Of a stretch of DNA of 64,000 bases, positions 39,770-50,805 are shown in pieces. A model generated the notes under the pieces. It had not been told where the DNA came from and ran no database searches. It saw only the letters and a list, made by a program, of their open reading frames with translations. Where the stretch lies: contig CAXWPH010000015.1 of assembly GCA_963666055.2 (NCBI GenBank), positions 832,001 to 896,000 on the forward strand. The letters run 5' to 3'. Position 1 is the stretch's first letter, and each line of letters starts with the position of its first letter. The position numbers and the translations under genes were made by a program. This stretch comes from Acidobacteriota bacterium (lineage in GTDB: Bacteria; Acidobacteriota; UBA890; WLXD01).

Positions 39770-40953
39770 GGCTACGGGGAACGAGTAGGTGCACCGCGCT
39801 CTTGATAAGCCTCCTGGTGATCCCGGTGGGCCCGGGCGCGGCGGAAGTAGCGCCGGCCGAGCGCCAAGCGCAGAAGGTGATTATCGATGCGGACCCGGGG
39901 ATCGACGACTCGATCGCCATTCTCTTCGCATTGCGCTCGCCAGCGCTCGATGTTCTCGGCATCACGACGGTATTCGGCAACGCCGACATCGAGCGGGCGA
40001 CGCTGAACGCGCTACGCTTGGTCGAGCTCGACGGCCGTTCTGTTCCGGTGGCACGCGGTGCCTCCAAGCCGTGGATCGGCGAGACGCCTTCGCCGCCCGA
40101 CTTTGTCCATGGCTCCGACGGCATCGGCAATATCGATGCCCCGCCACCGACGACCGTACCGATCGATGTGAGCGCTGCCCGCTTTATCGTCGAGACGGTA
40201 CGGAGCCACCCCGGCGAGGTCACGCTCCTTGCCCTGGGACGGCTGACCAACCTCGCCGTCGCCTTGGCGATCGAGCCGGCGCTTCCGAGCCTGGTCAAAC
40301 AGGTCGTGCTGATGGGCGGTGCCGTCGCAGTGCCCGGCAACGTATCCCCGGTTGCCGAGGCGAACATCGCCGGCGACCCGCACGCCGCCGACATTGTGCT
40401 CGCCGCATCGTGGAAGGCCACCATGGTGGGCCTCGACGTGACGACCCAGGTACGGCTTACCGAGAGCGTCCTCGAGCGCCTGGCACACAGCAACGATATC
40501 GGCGCCTTTATCTACCGAATAACCCGCTTCTACAAGCACTTCTACGAGTCGATCGGCCTCACCGGCGGGTTCTACGTGCACGATCCTTCGGCGGTGGCGT
40601 ATCTCATTGAGCCCGACATCTTCTCGACGCAGGATGCGCGCGTGCGCGTGGCGACTGAGGGAATCGCCAAGGGGCAGACGATCACTGCACCGCTCGACGC
40701 TCCCCAGGAGTGGAAGCCCTGGTACGACACGCCGGCCGTCGCCGTAGCCCTCGAGGTCGATGCCGACCGGTTGCTGCGACTACTCGAGTCGACGTTGACT
40801 CGACGCGACGTTGGAAGGCACCCGGACCCGCCAGCGAGATTGTCGGAGTCGACAGACGCCTCATCGATTCTCCCTGCTCCCCGGTGGTCTCTCGAACAGA
40901 GGGATGTCGGTCTGGAGGATCTCTTCGAGCCGGGCGAGACTTCGGGAACATGA
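39766..40953 (+). CDS. Inosine/uridine-preferring nucleoside hydrolase
   Basis: DADPGIDD, HGSDG, LGRLTN, AEANI, HDPSA; signal-like N-terminus. Confidence 0.92.
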   Translation: MRLRGTSRCTALLISLLVIPVGPGAAEVAPAERQAQKVIIDADPGIDDSIAILFALRSPALDVLGITTVFGNADIERATLNALRLVELDGRSVPVARGASKPWIGETPSPPDFVHGSDGIGNIDAPPPTTVPIDVSAARFIVETVRSHPGEVTLLALGRLTNLAVALAIEPALPSLVKQVVLMGGAVAVPGNVSPVAEANIAGDPHAADIVLAASWKATMVGLDVTTQVRLTESVLERLAHSNDIGAFIYRITRFYKHFYESIGLTGGFYVHDPSAVAYLIEPDIFSTQDARVRVATEGIAKGQTITAPLDAPQEWKPWYDTPAVAVALEVDADRLLRLLESTLTRRDVGRHPDPPARLSESTDASSILPAPRWSLEQRDVGLEDLFEPGETSGT

Positions 40954-40999
40954 AGCGGCGCATGCGGCGGCGCGGTTACCGGAGTTACGCCGGGAGCAG

Positions 41000-43697
41000 A
41001 TGATGCCCAGTCCAGAGGAAGCGGCCGCGACTGCCGGTTGCGCTCCATCAACTAGAGCGGCCTCCTCACCGGACGACGGAAGCGCGTGCCTGTCGAGTCG
41101 AGCGCTCGTACTGGTGCTCTGCACCCAGCTCGCGCTGCTCGTGTTGCTGGCTCACCGGTTCCGAATCGAGGATGCGGGGTTCCGACATCTCCTGCTACTG
41201 ACGCTGGCCGGGTTTCTGCTGCACGCGTTGCTCCCGGAGCGGCTGCGGCTGCCCTTCTTCCTGTTGCTGTCCTTGGCCGGCATCGCAGTGGTGCTCGGTC
41301 CCGTCAACGGCGCATGGGTCGTCGGCATCGGCGTGGTGCTCTTTGGCATTTGTCACTTGCCGTTCGCTTTTTCCGTGCGCGTCGGCACGCTGGTCGTCGT
41401 GGCCGCGCTGCTGGTTGCCGTCAGGTCGGGAGCCGTCGACGTGCCGGTGCCGGGGGCAATCTGGCCGGTCCTCGGTTCGATGTTCATGTTCCGCCTGATC
41501 CTCTACCTGTACAGCTTGCGGCACGGTCTCGGCAGCCGCTCGTGGACGAGAGGGCTGGCGTATTTCTTCCTGTTACCCAACGTCTGCTTCCCGCTGTTCC
41601 CTGTCGTTGACTACACCACCTTCGAGCGCACCTACGTCGACGGCGACCGTCTGCGGATCGCCCAGGGCGGCATCCGCTGGATGGCGCACGGCATCGTCCA
41701 TCTGCTGCTGTACCGCTTCGTCTACCACCACCTCGCTGTGGGCCCGGAGGATGTTGCCAGCGGCCCGCAGCTGGCGAGCTTCATGCTCACCAACTTCCTG
41801 TTGTACTTGCGGGTGTCTGGTCAGTTCCACGTCATCATCGGCATGCTGCAGCTCTTCGGCTTCAACCTGCCGCGCGCCAACCACCACTATCTGCTGGCGT
41901 CGAGCTTCAGCGACTTCTGGCGGCGCATCAACATCTACTGGAAAGACTTCATGCTGAAGGCTGTCTACTACCCGTCGTTCTTCCGCTTCAAACATCTGGG
42001 GGCAGCATCGGCGCTTTCCTGCTCGATCGTGATCGTTTTTGTCGCCACCTGGCTGCTGCACGCTTATCAGTGGTTCTGGCTGCTCGGTTCGTTCCGTCTG
42101 ACCTGGCAGGACGGGACCTATTGGGGGCTGCTCGCGGTGCTGGTGCTGGTCGACTCGAAGTTCGAGCGCCGTCGGGCGGCGGCACCACCAACGAGCTCCG
42201 TCGCCGGGGCGCTGCGCGCCTCCGCTGCGCGCGGCCTGCGAGTATCGGGGACGCTTGCGACCATGTGCGTGCTCTGGTCGTTGTGGACGGCGGAGTCGCT
42301 GGCGCAGTGGGGCGGGATGTGGGTGCGAGCCGCCGGTGATCCGCTCGGGCCGCTGTCCGCGTGGATGGCGGTGTTGGTGGTAGCAGGCGTAGGTTTGCTC
42401 GCGGGCCTGACCGCCGAGATTGCGGCCCACAAAGTTGTGGCGTCTCGGTCTGGCGGGCGATCCGAGTGGCTGACTTGTTTGGCTGCACGGCTCGACCGCC
42501 ACCTGAGCGGTCGCTGGACGGGACGCCTTGCCGGCGTGCGCCGGAGCTATTCCGCACGCGCCTGGTGGGCGCCGTCGACCGGCTGTTCCGCGCTGATCGC
42601 CCTGCTACTGATTCTCAGCACCCCGGCGTTTACGTCGCCGCTCGGCACGCGCACCGCCCAGGTGCTGGAATCGATGCGCGATTCACGTCTCAGCGACCGT
42701 GATCAGGCGCTGCTGGCGAGCGGCTACTACGAGCGCCTGCTGGCGGGGGCACAGGCAAACCCGCAGGTTCGGCAGGTGGTTGCCAGCGCGCAGGGTGGTG
42801 AGATGAATTTCTACGCCACCCGCGTGGGTCGCATGAGCATCGACTTCGTGGGGCGTGAACTGGTTCCATCGAGCCAAGCGAACTTTCGTGGTGCCTTGGT
42901 CGAGGTGAACTCGATGGGGATGCGCGATCGTGAGTACTCGAGGAAGAAGCCGGCCGGCACCGTGCGTATTGCAGTGCTCGGCGCGTCCGTAACCATGGGT
43001 TGGGGCGTGGGCACTGAGGAGAACTTCGAGAGCCAGTTGGAGGAGCGTCTGAACCGGGGCTCCGGCGAGGGCGGTGCACCATCGTACGAAAGTACTCAAC
43101 TTTGCGGTCGCCGCCTACACGGAGCTCGAGCAGGTGTGGGTACTCGACCACCGCGCGCTACGGTTCTCGCCCGACGTGATGCTGATCGTGTCGACGTCGC
43201 GAAGCATCGACCCGGTCCGCCGGTTCGCCGAGAAGATCAACTGGGATCTTCCGCTGATCTACCCCACGCTGATCAACATCCGCGAACAGTTGCAGCTCTC
43301 GGCCGAGGGGGCCGACAGCGAGGAGGCGATCACCACTCGCCTGGAGCCCTACCGCAACAAGCTCACCAGCTGGACGTACCGGAGGATGGCGCAGCGCAGC
43401 AGGACAAAAGGGCTGCTCCCAGTCGCCGTCCTGCTGCCGGGCCCCCGCGAGACGTTCTGGCCCCAAAGGATGATCTTGCGAGCCGAGCAGCTGCGCGAGG
43501 TTGGCTTCGAGGTGCTCGATCTCCTAGGAGTCTACGACAACCAGAATCTCGACGATCTGATCGTCACGGAATACGATATCCACCCCTCAGCGTACGCTCA
43601 CCAGCTGATTGCCGATCGTCTCTTCGAGGCGTTGCGGGGCAATCGGCGAACGGCGTCGGTGATCTGGGGTGACGGTACGAGTGATGGTGGATCCTAG
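41000..43697 (+). CDS. MBOAT (AlgI/DltB-like) fused to C-terminal SGNH domain; +1 frameshift at 43089-43091
   Basis: Multi-TM region, SFSDFWRRINIYW, WLLHAYQW; then AVLGASVTMG; removing one A restores YEVLNFAV and a frame ending with DIHPSAYAH. Confidence 0.82.
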
Positions 43698-43950
43698 CGA
43701 CAACGACATTCGTGAAGTGGTCCACGGTTATCTGGTGTCCCAGGTGCTGCCTACTGACGACCCCGCCTCGCTTACCGACGAGACTGCGCTGCTGACCGGG
43801 GGCATCCTCGACTCCATCGCGACGCTCCAACTCGTCGTCCTCCTCGAAGACAAGTTCGATGTCTCGCTGGCGGCCCACGAGGTGAGCGTCGACAACTTCG
43901 ACAGTATCGCCGCCATCGTCAGGCTGGTCGGCACCAAGCTGGGCCGGTGA
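43684..43950 (+). CDS. Acyl carrier protein (DltC-like)
   Basis: GGILDSIATLQLV phosphopantetheine site; NFDSIAAI. Confidence 0.92.
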   Translation: MVDPSDNDIREVVHGYLVSQVLPTDDPASLTDETALLTGGILDSIATLQLVVLLEDKFDVSLAAHEVSVDNFDSIAAIVRLVGTKLGR

Positions 43951-45641
43951 TGCGAGGACGTACGAGCGCCCCGTGGGCGGATTCGATCCAGGGGCGCATC
44001 GGGGCACGGATCGCCGCGCAGCCAGGGGATGGGGCGCTGGCCTTTGTTGCCGGCGACGGCCACCTGGACCGATGGACGTGGAAAGCACTCGACGCCGAGG
44101 CGCGTCGGCGCGCCGCCCTGTTACGCGACGCTGGTCTGGGTCGCGGCGACGTCTGCGTGCTGGTGCTACCCAGCGACGCCGATTGCGCCCTGACGCTGCT
44201 GGGCGTGCTCGTCCTCGGCGCCGTGCCGTTGCTGATCGCGCCCCCGACCATCCAGGGCTCCAAGGGGCACCTCGCGGAGATCGTCGCGCGTGTGACGCGC
44301 AAGACAGAGGCGCGGCTGGTAATCGAGGAGCCACTCCGCGGTGACCCGGCGCAGGAGGTGGAAGCGTGGCACGAACCGGCGTCGGATGCCGTCGCCGCAC
44401 TGCAGCTCACGTCGGGCACGACGGGGTTCCCGCGGGTCTGCGTCTGGAGCCAGCGCGGCGTGCTCGCCGCCCTCGAGGCCATGCAGCAGGCGATGCGGCT
44501 GGGCGCGCGCGATCGCTGCGTCAACTGGACGCCGCTCTACCACGACATGGGACTGGTCAACAACTTCCTGCTCTGCCTCTGCTGCGGCGTGCCGCTGGCG
44601 CAAATGACGCCGCAGGACTTCATCAAGCGGCCGGCGCTCTGGCTGCGCACCCTGAGCGACACCGGGGCGACCGTCACGTGGTCGCCGAACTTCGGGTTCG
44701 CTATCTGCGTCGCCTCCATCCGCGACGCGGATCTCGAGGGCGTGCGGTTGCACGGAGTGCGCGCTTTCTACAACGCTGCCGAGCGCATCCATCACCCGAC
44801 GATCCGGCGGTTCAGGGAGCGCTTCGCCCCGTTCGGGGTCGGCCCCCACGCCGTGCGCACGAACTTCGGCTGCGCCGAGAACGTTGGCGGAGCAACCTTC
44901 AGTGACCCGGATGGTCCGTACGTCGTCGAGCGCGTCGACGCCGACCGCCTAGAGCACGATCGACTCGCCGTCCTGGCGCCCGGGGGCGCTACCGCACGCC
45001 AAGGACGCACCGTCGAGATCGTCGGGGTCGGCCGCCCGGCGCCCGGCCTGGAGGTCGAGATCTTGGAGCGCAGCGGCGAGCCGCTACCGCAGGGCAGCGT
45101 TGGGGAGATAGCGATACGGACACCGTCGCGGATGCTCCGCTACCTCGGCGACGGCCAAGCTACGCACGAGGCGATCCGCGGCGACCTGTTGCTGACCGGC
45201 GACCTCGGTTACGTGCGCCACGGCGAAGTCTTTTGGATCGGTCGCGTACGGGAGCGCATCGTGCTTAGCGGAAGGAAGTTTGATCCGAGCGATTTCGAGC
45301 AGGCGCTGCTGTCAGTCGACGAGCTCCGCCCCGGTTGCTTCGTGGCGTTCGGCGTCGACGATCCGGCCCGTGGCACGCAAAAATTGGTGATCGCCGCTGA
45401 GGTTCGCGATCCCGTCGGTTTCGTTGGCATCGAGGCCAACGCTAACGAGAGTGCTGCCGAGCTCGAGGCGCTACGCCAACGCGTGCACGCCGCCGTGGTG
45501 CGGGAGGTCGGAGTGCGCATCGACGAACTGTTGCTGGTGCCGCGGGGAAGCCTGACGAAGACGTCGAGCGGCAAGCGTCGCCACCGCCATTGCAAAGGTC
45601 TTTACCTGCGCGGCGAGTTCCCCGCTCCGTTTCCGCGTTGA
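43947..45641 (+). CDS. Fatty acyl-AMP ligase-like adenylating enzyme
   Basis: LTSGTTGFPR, PLYHDMGL, SPNFGF, FGCAE, TGDLG, KTSSGK; FAAL-type insertion before VGVG. Confidence 0.88.
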   Translation: MMRGRTSAPWADSIQGRIGARIAAQPGDGALAFVAGDGHLDRWTWKALDAEARRRAALLRDAGLGRGDVCVLVLPSDADCALTLLGVLVLGAVPLLIAPPTIQGSKGHLAEIVARVTRKTEARLVIEEPLRGDPAQEVEAWHEPASDAVAALQLTSGTTGFPRVCVWSQRGVLAALEAMQQAMRLGARDRCVNWTPLYHDMGLVNNFLLCLCCGVPLAQMTPQDFIKRPALWLRTLSDTGATVTWSPNFGFAICVASIRDADLEGVRLHGVRAFYNAAERIHHPTIRRFRERFAPFGVGPHAVRTNFGCAENVGGATFSDPDGPYVVERVDADRLEHDRLAVLAPGGATARQGRTVEIVGVGRPAPGLEVEILERSGEPLPQGSVGEIAIRTPSRMLRYLGDGQATHEAIRGDLLLTGDLGYVRHGEVFWIGRVRERIVLSGRKFDPSDFEQALLSVDELRPGCFVAFGVDDPARGTQKLVIAAEVRDPVGFVGIEANANESAAELEALRQRVHAAVVREVGVRIDELLLVPRGSLTKTSSGKRRHRHCKGLYLRGEFPAPFPR

Positions 45642-45707
45642 CGCAGGGGCCGAGTCGAGTGCCCGGTTCCATTGAGCCGTCGGCCTGCTACGAGCCCCTA
45701 GGCCAGC

Positions 45708-46292
45708 TCACGCGCTGCCATCCCGCCGGGTCAACGCTGTCAGGACTTCCAGCACGTCCGCCAGCAACGCCCCATCTTCCGTGAGCAAGCGGTTTCGTCG
45801 GCCAAAAAGGACCGGCTGCGACTGCAGCCGCAGAGCCTTGTGCACACCCTCGTCCGCGTGAACTCGAAAATAGGGTCCTGGGCGACACCGATAGGCAACC
45901 CGATAGTCTTTCAGAATCGCGCCAAATGGACGATGCGCACGCTCGATGTCTGCCCGTGCAGCTTTGGGAAGGAGCATGTAATGGACATCGATCGTGCCGT
46001 ACTCAACCGGCCGATCATCGCGATCGAGGCAGAGCACCACCTCGCGCGTATAGACCTTCGAAGTTCGCTGTTGATTCAGCACGCGGAGGTGGATCTCGTC
46101 TCTGAAGAATCCCTGCAACGTCGAGGTCATGTCGTGCTCGTGCACCAAGAGCTGGCGTGCGGGCTGCGGGATGTCGCGAGGGTCTATCTGCTCGAGTCGA
46201 GGTTGGCACCGTGCCGCGTCCCGGCGGGTCTCGGGCTGCTCCTCGGGGCTTTTGGTTTCGTCCATGAGTTCCTGGAGAGTCGTCGAGCCCAT
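45708..46292 (-). CDS. Chorismate pyruvate-lyase-like (UbiC/Rv2949c fold) protein
   Basis: LLVHEHDMTSTL, YTREVVL, PFGAIL, LFGRRN, LADVLEVL. Confidence 0.6.
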   Translation of the reverse strand: MGSTTLQELMDETKSPEEQPETRRDAARCQPRLEQIDPRDIPQPARQLLVHEHDMTSTLQGFFRDEIHLRVLNQQRTSKVYTREVVLCLDRDDRPVEYGTIDVHYMLLPKAARADIERAHRPFGAILKDYRVAYRCRPGPYFRVHADEGVHKALRLQSQPVLFGRRNRLLTEDGALLADVLEVLTALTRRDGSA

Positions 46293-46344
46293 TGCCGTTT
46301 CCCTCCCAGCGACATCGGGGTCGGCTCGAGTTGCGGGCACCTCA

Positions 46345-46625
46345 GGATAGCCGTAGAGGTGCGGTCGCTGGAAGAGATCCTGGAACTGGATTTCGATAGG
46401 GTTGCTTGCTCACATAACAACAAGCCCGATGCGGCGCGCGGAGGAACGAAGCAAGAAGCGATAGAGAGTCTGCAATTCATTCGGGACTTGCGCGCGGTCA
46501 TTTATGCAGAGTTCCCAAAAGGCACCAATTCGATGATGGTCGCAGGGATCGTACGCCTACCGGAATGCCAGAGCTGGCCATGTATGATCAGTGGCTTGAA
46601 ATGAATGCCTGGCAACTGCTGTCAG
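46345..46625 (+). pseudogene. C-terminal remnant of MBL-fold metallohydrolase
   Basis: LEEILELDFDRVACSH...GTK...FIRDLR...LPECQSW then MYDQWLEMNAW after a frameshift; no start. Confidence 0.5.
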
Positions 46626-46706
46626 ACGACTGGATGGGCTCGGTTCCCTGGCGGCCTGATCACTACTAGCGGCTGAAGAGACGACGCTACCCATGTCTGG
46701 CGACAA

Positions 46707-47147
46707 ATGAGACTCGCATCGCTGGTCCTCCTCTGCTTCGTCGCCGGACCCATTGCCGCGCAGGACGCACAGTCGGACCTCTTCCGGGACCGCCTCAAGG
46801 ATGTCCCCCAACTGCCGATGGACCGCATCCAAGTGAAGGTTGGTCCCTCACTGGTTCTCGAGGGGATCTCAGCGGTGTCGGTAGACGAACAAGGCAATGT
46901 CTATGTGCTTCATCGGCCGACCGCTGGAGATCCCGTGGTGGTGCTTGATCCTATGGGGCACTTCCTGCGGTCTTGGGGCGCGGGTATGTTCAATATTCCC
47001 CACGGCATCCGCATCGATCCAGTCGGTAACGTATGGACGGTGGACTCCAACACATCCAAGGTCTACAAGTTCACGCCGGAAGGAGCGCTGCTTCTTGAAA
47101 TACAGATCGAGCTGCCAGAGTCAGGAAGGGGCTTCCACGAGCGCTAG
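46707..47147 (+). pseudogene. Truncated NHL-repeat (peptidyl-hydroxyglycine lyase-like) protein
   Basis: Signal peptide, GNVYVLHR, SWGAGMFNIPHGIRIDPVGNVWTVD; only about two blades before stop. Confidence 0.7.
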
Positions 47148-47539
47148 TGAGCTAGTGCTGTTGATACGGACGGCTTTTCCCGAGCTCGTTTTCCTGGACC
47201 TGCACACTCGCCGAGACCCTTCTCTCGCAAACCGCCGTGGATTCTGGCGTGCCTGCCGCTGCTCCGGTGGGGCTGGCTCCGAACCGGGATAGGGCCGCGG
47301 TCGAGGCGAGCGACGGCATCGAGATCCTCTATGTCGCCAGCCGGATGGAGGGGACTGAGCTTCCAGGTGATCGGCAAGTTCGACGCCCCGCCAGACATAC
47401 TGTTACGCTAGCGCGCGCCACGACAATAGCGTCTCGATCATCTCGCTCGCCGAAGAACGAGAGGTCGCCGGAACATTGAGCGTGGACCCGCTGACCAACA
47501 GGATCAAAAGGGTCAGTCGGGCCCATTCGGGGTGGTGTC

Positions 47540-49948
47540 GTGATCCGCGAATCTGGGTACGGGGGCGGACCCGGTGCGCGACGTGCGCCGTGGCCAGCGT
47601 GGGTCCTGCACCATCGGCGCGCTATTTTCGCGCTGCTCACGATTGTCAGCGTGACGGCCCTGCCGCTCGCGGTACAGATCCGCTTCGACTTCAACTTCCA
47701 GGACTACTTCCCGGAAAGTGACCCTGTGCGCGACGACTACCGTCGCTTGTTGACCGACTTTCCGGCGGAGGAGTCGGAGTTCGTCGTCCTGATCCAGGAC
47801 GACGACATCTTCACGCGCCAAGGCACACAGGCGCTCATCGCCCTGACCCGTGGGCTCGAGCGGGCGGAATGGTTCTCACAGGTCACAGGGCCGGTGAACC
47901 TGCCGCCAAGTCTCTTCGGCACCTTCCGCGATACCTACCGGCGTATCGTCGCCGGCGAACCCGTTGCCGACACCGACTATGCAGAGCTTCGGGAGCGCGC
48001 GGTGCGCCACCCGCTGCTACGCAAGAACCTCGTCGGCGAGGACGACAACCTCGTGGTGCTGCGCGCCGTCATGAAGCCGGAACACGTCACCGACAGCGGC
48101 CGTGAGGGGGCGCGCCGTTATCTCGTTGGCCTGCTGGCGGAGTACGAGGCTCGGTTCGACGAGGTCGTCTACACCGGCTTTTCGGGAGTTCGCGCCGACT
48201 TCGCGCGCGTCATGCAGCGCGAGCAGCGGCTTCTCTTCCCCGTCGTGCTCGTGGCGCTGCTGCTGGTGCTGATCTTCTTTCTCGGTTGTTCCTGGCTGGT
48301 GATCTTTCCGCTGCTGACCTCGACCGCAGCGCTCACCTGGACCCTGGCGATCATGGTGTTGCGGGACACACCGTTCACGATCCTCTCGACTGGCCTGCCG
48401 GTTCTGCTGGTGATCCTCGGGATCTCCGACTCGCTGCACATCTTTTACCGCTACCGCTGTGCGCGGTCCCATGGGCAGCCGCAACACGATGCTGTTGTCA
48501 ATACCTTCAGCGAGCTCGGTCGCGTCTGCTTCTTCACCAGCATGACCACCGCGGTGGGCTTCGTGGCCTTGACTGCCACCAACCTGCCCGTGCTGCGCGA
48601 TTTCGGCTTCTACACGGGTCTCGGCATCGTGCTGAACTACGTGTTGATGATGACGGCGCTGCCGATCCTGCTGTCGAGTCGGTTGGCACGACGCGTCGAG
48701 ACCGCCCCTTGCAGCGCGGCGATTACCTTCGAGGCGTACCTACCGTCGAGCCTGGTGCGACTGTCACGCCACCCACGCGCATGGGTGCCGATCTTCGCGC
48801 TGGCGGTAGCCATGCCCTCGATCGGTATCGTCAAACTGTACGAGGACACGCGTGTTCACCAGGGACTGGCGCAGCGTAACTGGCTCGACCACAAGATCCG
48901 CCGCGCCGAGGCCATGGTCAGCGGATTGCTCCCCTTCGGTGTTGTCCTCCACTTCGACGACGATGCTGCCCTGACCTCCCGCGAGACTTTGCGGCAAGTG
49001 GAGGCCGTCCAGCGCCACCTCGAGCGGCAGAGCGACGTGGTCGGCTCGGCGGCCTCGGTGTTCGATCTGGCCAAGTTCGTGCACTACGTCGACCTGGAGA
49101 AGCTCAAGGCGAGCCCGATGTTCATCGATATCGGCGATCTCGACGAGGATCCAGCCAACTGGGATGCCGAGTGGCTCGACGTTGTCGGCGGCGGGCTGAG
49201 AACGCGTCTGCTCGCGTTGCGTGACGAGCGGCCGTCGCTCATCGACAGTGTGGTGAACTTCGAGGCTCGCCGGCTGCTGATCCGCTGTCGACTGTACGAT
49301 GTCAGCTCGACGCGGTTGCGATCGTTCTTCCGCGAGCTCGAGGCATTCCTCCAGGATCGCGCGCGCGACGGCGCGTCCTTCGACTGGACCGTGGCGGGGC
49401 TTCCGAATCTCTCGCTCAGCCTGTCGGAGCGCGTCATCCGCTACATGCTCGGTACCTTCGGGCTGTCACTACTGGTGATCCTGGCCGGCTTCACCGTTGC
49501 CTTTCGCTGTCCGCGCATGGCGTCAATCAGCCTGGTGCCGAATGTCATCCCGCTGTTCATCATCCTCGGCGTCCTCGGCTGGCTGGGGATCCCGCTGCAG
49601 CCTTCGATCATCGTTATCTTCAGCATCGTCTACGGCATCGCGGTGAACGACACCATCCACTTCATCTCGCGCTTTGCTTTCGAGCGTCGTGAGCTGCCGA
49701 CAAGCGGTGCTACCGAGGCCGCCCTGCGGGTGACGGCCGCGCCGATGGTGGCCAGCTCCGCTGTATTGGTGGTCGGATTCGCGGTGCTGACGTTCTCCGA
49801 GTTCCTCGGGCTTGCCTACCTCGGCCTGCTGCTCGGTGTTGGCATCCTCGCCGCGCTGGTCGCCGACCTGCTGCTGTTGCCGCTGGCGCTCAAGCGCTGG
49901 GGCCCCACCGACGATACCTCCCACGAGCGTTCGCTCGTAGCGGAGTAG
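47540..49948 (+). CDS. MMPL/RND-family transporter
   Basis: Two repeats with GISDSLHI and GIAVNDTIHF; TTAVGF; about 12 TM. Confidence 0.92.
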   Translation: MIRESGYGGGPGARRAPWPAWVLHHRRAIFALLTIVSVTALPLAVQIRFDFNFQDYFPESDPVRDDYRRLLTDFPAEESEFVVLIQDDDIFTRQGTQALIALTRGLERAEWFSQVTGPVNLPPSLFGTFRDTYRRIVAGEPVADTDYAELRERAVRHPLLRKNLVGEDDNLVVLRAVMKPEHVTDSGREGARRYLVGLLAEYEARFDEVVYTGFSGVRADFARVMQREQRLLFPVVLVALLLVLIFFLGCSWLVIFPLLTSTAALTWTLAIMVLRDTPFTILSTGLPVLLVILGISDSLHIFYRYRCARSHGQPQHDAVVNTFSELGRVCFFTSMTTAVGFVALTATNLPVLRDFGFYTGLGIVLNYVLMMTALPILLSSRLARRVETAPCSAAITFEAYLPSSLVRLSRHPRAWVPIFALAVAMPSIGIVKLYEDTRVHQGLAQRNWLDHKIRRAEAMVSGLLPFGVVLHFDDDAALTSRETLRQVEAVQRHLERQSDVVGSAASVFDLAKFVHYVDLEKLKASPMFIDIGDLDEDPANWDAEWLDVVGGGLRTRLLALRDERPSLIDSVVNFEARRLLIRCRLYDVSSTRLRSFFRELEAFLQDRARDGASFDWTVAGLPNLSLSLSERVIRYMLGTFGLSLLVILAGFTVAFRCPRMASISLVPNVIPLFIILGVLGWLGIPLQPSIIVIFSIVYGIAVNDTIHFISRFAFERRELPTSGATEAALRVTAAPMVASSAVLVVGFAVLTFSEFLGLAYLGLLLGVGILAALVADLLLLPLALKRWGPTDDTSHERSLVAE

Positions 49949-50053
49949 ATCCGAGGTGTGCCTGGGTATCGTGAAGTTCTTGCTCGGAGAAGGTGCGCTT
50001 CTCAGAGCACGCCATGGAGGTACCTTCCGGCCCGGGCCGACCTGCGGCAGCCT

Positions 50054-50338
50054 TCAGTTAGACGGTTGCCGGCTGCGTCTAATCGCTGCCATCCCTACAG
50101 CCAGCCAGCCGCCCGCGGCGACAAGAAGACCCAGTCGCCCGCCGATCGTTTCGCCCCGCTCTCTTGCACCTGCAACTCGCTCGTCCCAGTTCATGCTGGC
50201 TGCCACACCGCCGGCCTGTCGGCCTAGCTCAAACCCTACAGCGAGTGTTCCCGTCACAAGGACCGCGAACGCCGCGCCCCGCAACCAAGCGCTGAGAATC
50301 CAGAGCTGCCTACTTCTGCGATGTCGAGTGTTATCCAT
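50054..50338 (-). CDS. Hypothetical small two-TM membrane protein
   Basis: Two hydrophobic segments flanked by basic residues; no motif. Confidence 0.4.
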   Translation of the reverse strand: MDNTRHRRSRQLWILSAWLRGAAFAVLVTGTLAVGFELGRQAGGVAASMNWDERVAGARERGETIGGRLGLLVAAGGWLAVGMAAIRRSRQPSN

Positions 50339-50630
50339 GGGCGTCTGGGTAGGGGGCGAGCCTTGTCCGATGCGCTTCCGACATCCCTTGTCGAGGCCCG
50401 GCGCACGATGACCAAGTCGTGTGACGGCACCACGACGACGAACCGGCCGCGGTTGGGAGTTGCCTCGGTTTGGTGGACGGTCGCACGGCATTCTGACGCT
50501 GTGCTGACAACTTCCTCACGGCAACCACACAGATGTCTTGCGCTGTCGCCACCTCCGGGACCTCCGAAGCCGGTAGTCTCCGGACATTCGCCATAACACC
50601 CGATACTGGCGCACAACTACGGAGGTAGGC

Positions 50631-50768
50631 ATGAGCGTCCGGCGCATTTTTCCGATGATCCTGCTGACCATACTGGCGATAGCGTTGCCGTACATGCGCC
50701 CTGCTGCCGCGGGTGCCAGGATCGCTGTTGTGGCCACGGCGCCGACGGTAGTGGTGCCGTCATGCTGA
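50631..50768 (+). CDS. 45-aa signal-peptide-like ORF (not in ORF track)
   Basis: GGAGG 5 nt before ATG; MSVRRIFPMILLTILAIALPYMRPAAAGARIAVVATAPTVVVPSC. Confidence 0.45.
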   Translation: MSVRRIFPMILLTILAIALPYMRPAAAGARIAVVATAPTVVVPSC

Positions 50769-50805
50769 GGCGCTCGTGAGGTATCCCTTCCTCAACGGAG
50801 CCAGT

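Noticed and set aside
43089-43091. Programmed ribosomal frameshift in MBOAT-SGNH
   Set aside because: No slippery heptamer; same pattern as other homopolymer indels in the window
43100-43672. Arg-rich C-terminus of the 953-aa ORF
   Set aside because: Out-of-frame read-through; the SGNH motifs lie in the 43074-43697 frame
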